A stretch of DNA of 64,000 bases, taken from contig OZ024741.1 in the NCBI GenBank assembly GCA_964016885.1, positions 76,818,001 through 76,882,000 on the forward strand, given 5' to 3'. The number at the start of each line of letters is the position of its first letter. Positions within the stretch are counted from its first letter, which is position 1. The stretch is from Eledone cirrhosa (lineage: Eukaryota). The translations under genes were made by a program, and so were the position numbers. The notes beneath the pieces are model-generated. The model had not been told where the DNA came from and ran no database searches. It saw nothing but the letters and a program-made list of their open reading frames with translations. This document shows positions 62,410-64,000 of the stretch, piece after piece.

Positions 62410-62726
62410 TACCGTGCGGTTAAACCACTGGGAGTGAAGGACCCCTAGCCTTTCTCAGGGCATTCTTCTAGGAGAAGGCAACTCAGAAAACTGGGATAAC
62501 TCCGATATAAAACCTGCGGCTCAGTAGTTATTGATGATGTTGATCTTTTCTTCTTTTCGGATTATAGCTACTGTCGCTCAGAGAGTGGGATTGGCTCAGT
62601 GCACAGTCTTTCTTCACTTTAAAAAATATCTTCACGCACAGGCATTACACGATAGAATTAATTAATAATTATTAATAATGGTATATCGTGCAATTGCCAT
62701 ACTCGATAACGAGGGGACAGCCATCA
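62410..62726 (+). mobile_element. Second bipartite BovB/RTE derivative
   Basis: The 5' part is homologous to 61724-61910. The 3' end TATCGTGCAATTGCCATACTCGATAACGAGGGGACAGCCATCAT matches the BovB-like LINE terminus. Confidence 0.75.
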
Positions 62727-62772
62727 TATATATGTATACATATTTATATGTGTGTATATATATATATATATA

Positions 62773-64000
62773 TCATCATCATCATCACCATTTAACATCC
62801 ATTTTTCTGCATTAGTATGGGTTAGACGAGTTGTCTCGTTGTGAGACAAATCAGATCTGATGACCATGTCTTTCTCAAACAGAACTGGTTCGGGCTTGGT
62901 TTTTACGGCTGGATGTTTTTCTTAATCTCAACCATATTTACAGTGTGTACTGGGTGCTTTTTACTGTGACGCCTGCACGGCCACTTTATAGCGTAGGATG
63001 GGTGCTTTTTGTCATGGCACCACCAAAATGACCACTTTACTGTGTGGGGGAGGTGCATGGAGATTGGGGAGGGAGATCTAGGGACATGAGTGAGGGATGA
63101 GGTGTTAAGGTGTGGGTAGAGTGTTAGGATGTGTGAGGTGAAAGTGCATACTAGATGTATGCTTCCACCCGTGCACGGGAGAAGGTGGATTTTCTGTATT
63201 ATTGCATAATGCCAGAGATCTCAGTTCTCTGTCATCACCTTTGAAAGGTGCAATTGTGCAAGCTCAGCTCTTATCATCTTATCCTAAGTCTTCCTACTCC
63301 AAAGTTCCATCAACTTTCAGTGCTCAGCACCTTTTTATACAGCTGTTATCCTTCATTCATATCATATGTCCATACCATGTCCATATACATTCTCTTCTTC
63401 TGTACAATTCATCTGATCCCTCTTATGCCCAGTTTATCTCTCAGTTCATTTATGCTTTGCTGTTCCTTTATTGTACTATTACACATCCATTGAAACATGC
63501 AAGCTTCATTTCTTTCCAATCTGCACACAGTACCCAGGCATCACTACCATACAACATGGCAGTGTGTATGCACAGATTAAACAAACTGCCCTTCGTTTTG
63601 AGGGAAAAACCTTTAGTAGCTAGCATGCCATTCTCACTTTGGCTACAGTACTTTCAGAACATCCACCTCCACTGCTGATTTGGTCACTCAGGCAGCAGAA
63701 GCTGTCTATTGCTTCTACAGAACCCTCCAAGAATTTAATAGAGTTTGTTTCCTGTGGGCGTTTGCTGCTTACTGCTACTGCACAACAACCACATGTAAAA
63801 TCTATGTTCTTAATTAACATACCTGAGATCCCACATGTACTCATAGTTTGTATTTGGGACAGAGGATGGAATTTCTATCTACACCTTTACTCTACACTGA
63901 GCAAGGCCACTTCCCTGAGCGGATCAGGGGCCCTGGTTCCCTTCTACTTACTAGGACTTTAGTCTTTGTCAGGTTGACTTCAAGATCCTTTGATTCTAGG
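62773..64000 (-). mobile_element. RTE LINE 3' portion, degenerate, running off the window
   Basis: (CAT)n tail, 3' UTR repeats, IDFTCGCC..DSFCCLSDQISSGGGCSESTVA, GKWPCSV. Confidence 0.88.

Overview
AT-rich eukaryotic DNA with no recognisable host protein-coding gene. The repeat make-up suggests a mollusc, probably an octopod cephalopod (inference). Most of the window is nested transposon debris separated by (TA)n, (TACA)n, (GAT)n and (CA)n microsatellites. It contains: (1) more than 12 copies of an RTE-clade LINE family with (GAT)n tails, one near full length at 54629-57878, whose RT carries an embedded PHD-type C4HC3 finger; (2) a BovB-like RTE LINE with three C-terminal C2H2 fingers, plus bipartite non-autonomous derivatives; (3) Dong/R4 LINE 3' ends stacked in (TACA)n; (4) HERO-like and CR1 fragments; (5) two main tRNA-derived SINE families; (6) Tc1/mariner-like and piggyBac-like MITEs. 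The most striking signal, which the ORF track does not show, is about a dozen minimal type I hammerhead-ribozyme motifs from several unrelated families. Alongside them is a recurring non-coding cassette: (TA)n - inverted arm - short spacer - direct arm - 55-100 nt unpaired tail - (TA)n, including a perfect 202-bp hairpin. These are best explained as Penelope-like pseudo-LTR or retrozyme-like inserts that target TA microsatellites. Boundaries were read by eye and are approximate for old copies.
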